NCBI GenBank assembly: GCA_963804505.1
Contig: CAWDQP010000010.1
Coordinates: 531,607-595,606, forward strand
DNA length: 64,000 bases
Source of the DNA: an uncultured Thermoplasmata archaeon
GTDB lineage: Archaea > Thermoplasmatota > Thermoplasmata > Lutacidiplasmatales > UBA184
Direction: 5' to 3'
The notes under the pieces were generated by a model. That model did no database searches, had not been told where the DNA came from, and saw only the letters and a program-made list of their open reading frames with translations. Of the stretch, positions 61,972-64,000 are shown in pieces; within the stretch, counting starts at the first letter, position 1, and each line of letters begins with the position of its first letter. The translations under genes were made by a program, and so were the position numbers.

Positions 61972-62882
61972 GTGACCGACTGGACGATTCCGTCGATCAT
62001 CGGGCCGGCGATCCTCCTCGGAGGGTACGCCTGCGCCGCCGTGGCCGACGTGCGAACGCGGGAGGTCACGGACCGTCTCTGGCACCTCATGGGCGTTCCG
62101 GATTGATCCTCGGTGCCGTGCTCGTGGGCGGGGGAGGAGCGGTCCCGCTCCTCCTATGGATCCTGGTCGGGCTGCTGACCCTGGAGCATCTGGTCGCGTG
62201 GGACGACCTCCTTCCGGTGGCCTGGCGAAACCAGGCCGACCGGATCGAGCTGGGCGGATACGTTGCGGCCGTCGTGATCGTCGGCGTCGCGGCGGCCCGG
62301 TACGGCCTTGGCCCGTCGGGCGTTCCCGAGGCGGCGATCGCGGCCCTGGCCACCGTGCTCCTGGCCCGGGCACTTTTCGAGGTCGGCGCGCTCTACGGTG
62401 GCGCCGACGCGAAGGCCCTGATGGTCGCCGGCCTGCTCGTACCGGTCTTCGCGCAACCGTTGCTCAGCGTACCGCTGGTCGCGCCGGTGCTGGCGGTGAT
62501 CCCGTTCTCGATCGACCTGCTCACCGATGCGGCTCTCTTTTCGCTGGCCGTGCCGTGCTACTTGGCGTTCCGGAATCTTCGACGGGGCGAGTTCTCGTTC
62601 CCGCGGGGTTTCAACGGCTACTCGATGCCCGTCGCCGAGCTCCCGACGAAGTACGTCTGGGTCCGGGATCCGGCCATCGAAGAACCGACCGACTCGGAGG
62701 AACCGGAAACCTCCGCCGAGGACGAACAGCTTCGGCGCGAGACGGCCCGGCGGCTGACCGAGCGAGGTGTTCTCCGCGTCTGGGTTTCCCCGCAGTTGCC
62801 GTTCCTGGTCCTGATGGCCGCGGGGGCCGTGACCGCGCTCCTCGCGGGAAACCTGATCCTGGACATCCTCGGTCTCGTCTGA
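61972..62882 (+). CDS. A24-family prepilin/preflagellin peptidase (FlaK/PibD-like); one frame break near 62095
   Basis: The first catalytic Asp context is [10 protein letters not shown](T)D (before the shift). The second is [12 protein letters not shown] (GxGDxK-like) in ORF 62103..62882. The protein is multi-TM. Confidence 0.65.
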
Positions 62883-62988
62883 GTCGCGAGACCCGGGCGT
62901 CCCCGGCGAGCCCTGCCCCGGTCGACTCCGGCCACGCTCCGGCTCTCGCGGCGCCGTCCGTTCCCGGCGGTACCGCCGGCGAAAGCTT

Positions 62989-63441
62989 TTGTCCGTGGCC
63001 CGGGTCGCGCGCCTGAGGGAAACGGTGGCGCCGAAGCGACGGACCACCCCGATCCGCGTGCTGATCGCCAAGCCCGGCCTCGACGGCCATGACCGCGGGG
63101 CCAAGGTCGTCGCCCGGGCGCTCCGGGACGCCGGAATGGAAGTGATCTACGCCGGGCTCCGACAGACGCCGGAAGAGATCGTCCGCGCCGCGGTCGAGGA
63201 GGATGTCGACCTGGTCGGCCTTTCGATCCTCTCGGGCGCCCACATGGCCCTCTTCCCGAAGGTCCTTCGACTTCTCAAGAAGGAGAGCCACCCGTCGATC
63301 CAGGTGTTCGCGGGCGGCATCATCCCGGACGAGGACGCACGCCGCCTGAAACGGATGGGCGTGCGCGCGATCTTCGGTCCGGGCGCCTCCCTTGAAGAGA
63401 TCGTGCGAACCGCGGAGAAGCTCGCTCGCCCGTCGACATGA
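62989..63441 (+). CDS. Methylmalonyl-CoA mutase small subunit (B12-binding domain)
   Basis: Intact ORF with [23 protein letters not shown] (DxHxxG B12 motif), [11 protein letters not shown] and GGIIP. Confidence 0.85.
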   Translation: MSVARVARLRETVAPKRRTTPIRVLIAKPGLDGHDRGAKVVARALRDAGMEVIYAGLRQTPEEIVRAAVEEDVDLVGLSILSGAHMALFPKVLRLLKKESHPSIQVFAGGIIPDEDARRLKRMGVRAIFGPGASLEEIVRTAEKLARPST

Positions 63442-64000
63442 CCCGCACGGCCCCGCTGCCTCCGGCGGCGCGCGCGATCCTGCGGGGCGACGCTCGTGCC
63501 CTGGCCCGGGCGATCAGCGCGGTCGAGAACGGCGACGCCTCCGCCGACCCGATCCTGCGGGCGATCTATCCCCGGACCGGCAAGGTGCCCGTGGTGGGGC
63601 TTACCGGCCCTCTCGGGGTCGGCAAATCGAGCCTCGTGAGCGCGCTGGTCGGCTACCTTCGGGGCCGGGGCCGCTCCGTCGGGGTCGTCGCGGTCGACCC
63701 GTCGAGCCCGTTCTCGGGAGGGTCCGTCCTCGGGGACCGGATCCGGCTCGAGCGCGCCCCCGGGGACGAGAAGGTCTTCTTCCGCTCGATGGCGAGCCGG
63801 GGCGCCGTCGGGGGCGTGGCGGCCGCCACCCGGGAGACCGCCCGCCTCCTCGACGCGGCAGGGTTCGACGTGGTGCTCGTGGAGACCGTCGGCAGCGGCC
63901 AGGTCGACCTGGCGATACGCCAGATCGCGAGCACCCGCGTGGTCGTGCTGGTCCCGCACCTGGGCGACGAGGTCCAGACGCTGAAGGCGGGCCTGTTCGA
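63438..64000 (+). CDS. meaB: Methylmalonyl-CoA mutase-associated GTPase MeaB/ArgK (5' part, runs off the window)
   Basis: ATGA overlap with the B12-binding subunit. The motifs are [13 protein letters not shown] (P-loop), [19 protein letters not shown] and LVETVGSGQ. Confidence 0.85.
   Translation, partial: MTRTAPLPPAARAILRGDARALARAISAVENGDASADPILRAIYPRTGKVPVVGLTGPLGVGKSSLVSALVGYLRGRGRSVGVVAVDPSSPFSGGSVLGDRIRLERAPGDEKVFFRSMASRGAVGGVAAATRETARLLDAAGFDVVLVETVGSGQVDLAIRQIASTRVVVLVPHLGDEVQTLKAGLF

Overview
This is a very GC-rich (by eye roughly 70%) archaeal chromosomal segment, densely packed with housekeeping genes on both strands.

**Housekeeping content**
- Cofactor and carbon metabolism: ribL-ribC-ribH; birA plus a transcarboxylase-like 12S/5S/1.3S set; methylmalonyl-CoA mutase, epimerase and MeaB; rpe, purP, prs, nadB and an archaeal phosphopantothenate synthetase.
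- Information processing: rtcB, primase PriL, SHMT, exosome Csl4, ATP-dependent DNA ligase, Pth2, SRP54, pheS/pheT, enolase-S2, TFB and S6e-aIF2gamma-Trm112.

**Envelope proteins**
- Two membrane-anchored S53 (sedolisin-like) peptidases.
- A ~1200-aa family-5 solute-binding protein.
- M50 and A24 peptidases.
- An expanded type I signal peptidase.

**RNA genes:** two intron-containing tRNAs, Leu(UAA) with a canonical intron and Ser(GGA) with an intron inside the T-loop.

**Not found:** rRNA, CRISPR array, transposase, integrase, or a recognisable defence or mobile island.

**Dominant technical feature:** by eye there are roughly 70 reading-frame breaks, usually at short G/C runs. Many conserved genes have to be read across two to six ORF-track fragments. 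Coordinates for those genes are my reconstructions, with approximate break positions.

**Most noteworthy observations**
- The T-loop intron in tRNA-Ser.
- A tandem-duplicated Cas4/RecB-like nuclease whose second copy looks inactivated.
- The uneven distribution of frame breaks.
- A consistent A/T island about 27 nt upstream of start codons, implying mostly leaderless mRNAs.
- An unusual tfb upstream region.

I did not find a clear, self-contained novel multi-gene system. The window reads as core genome.
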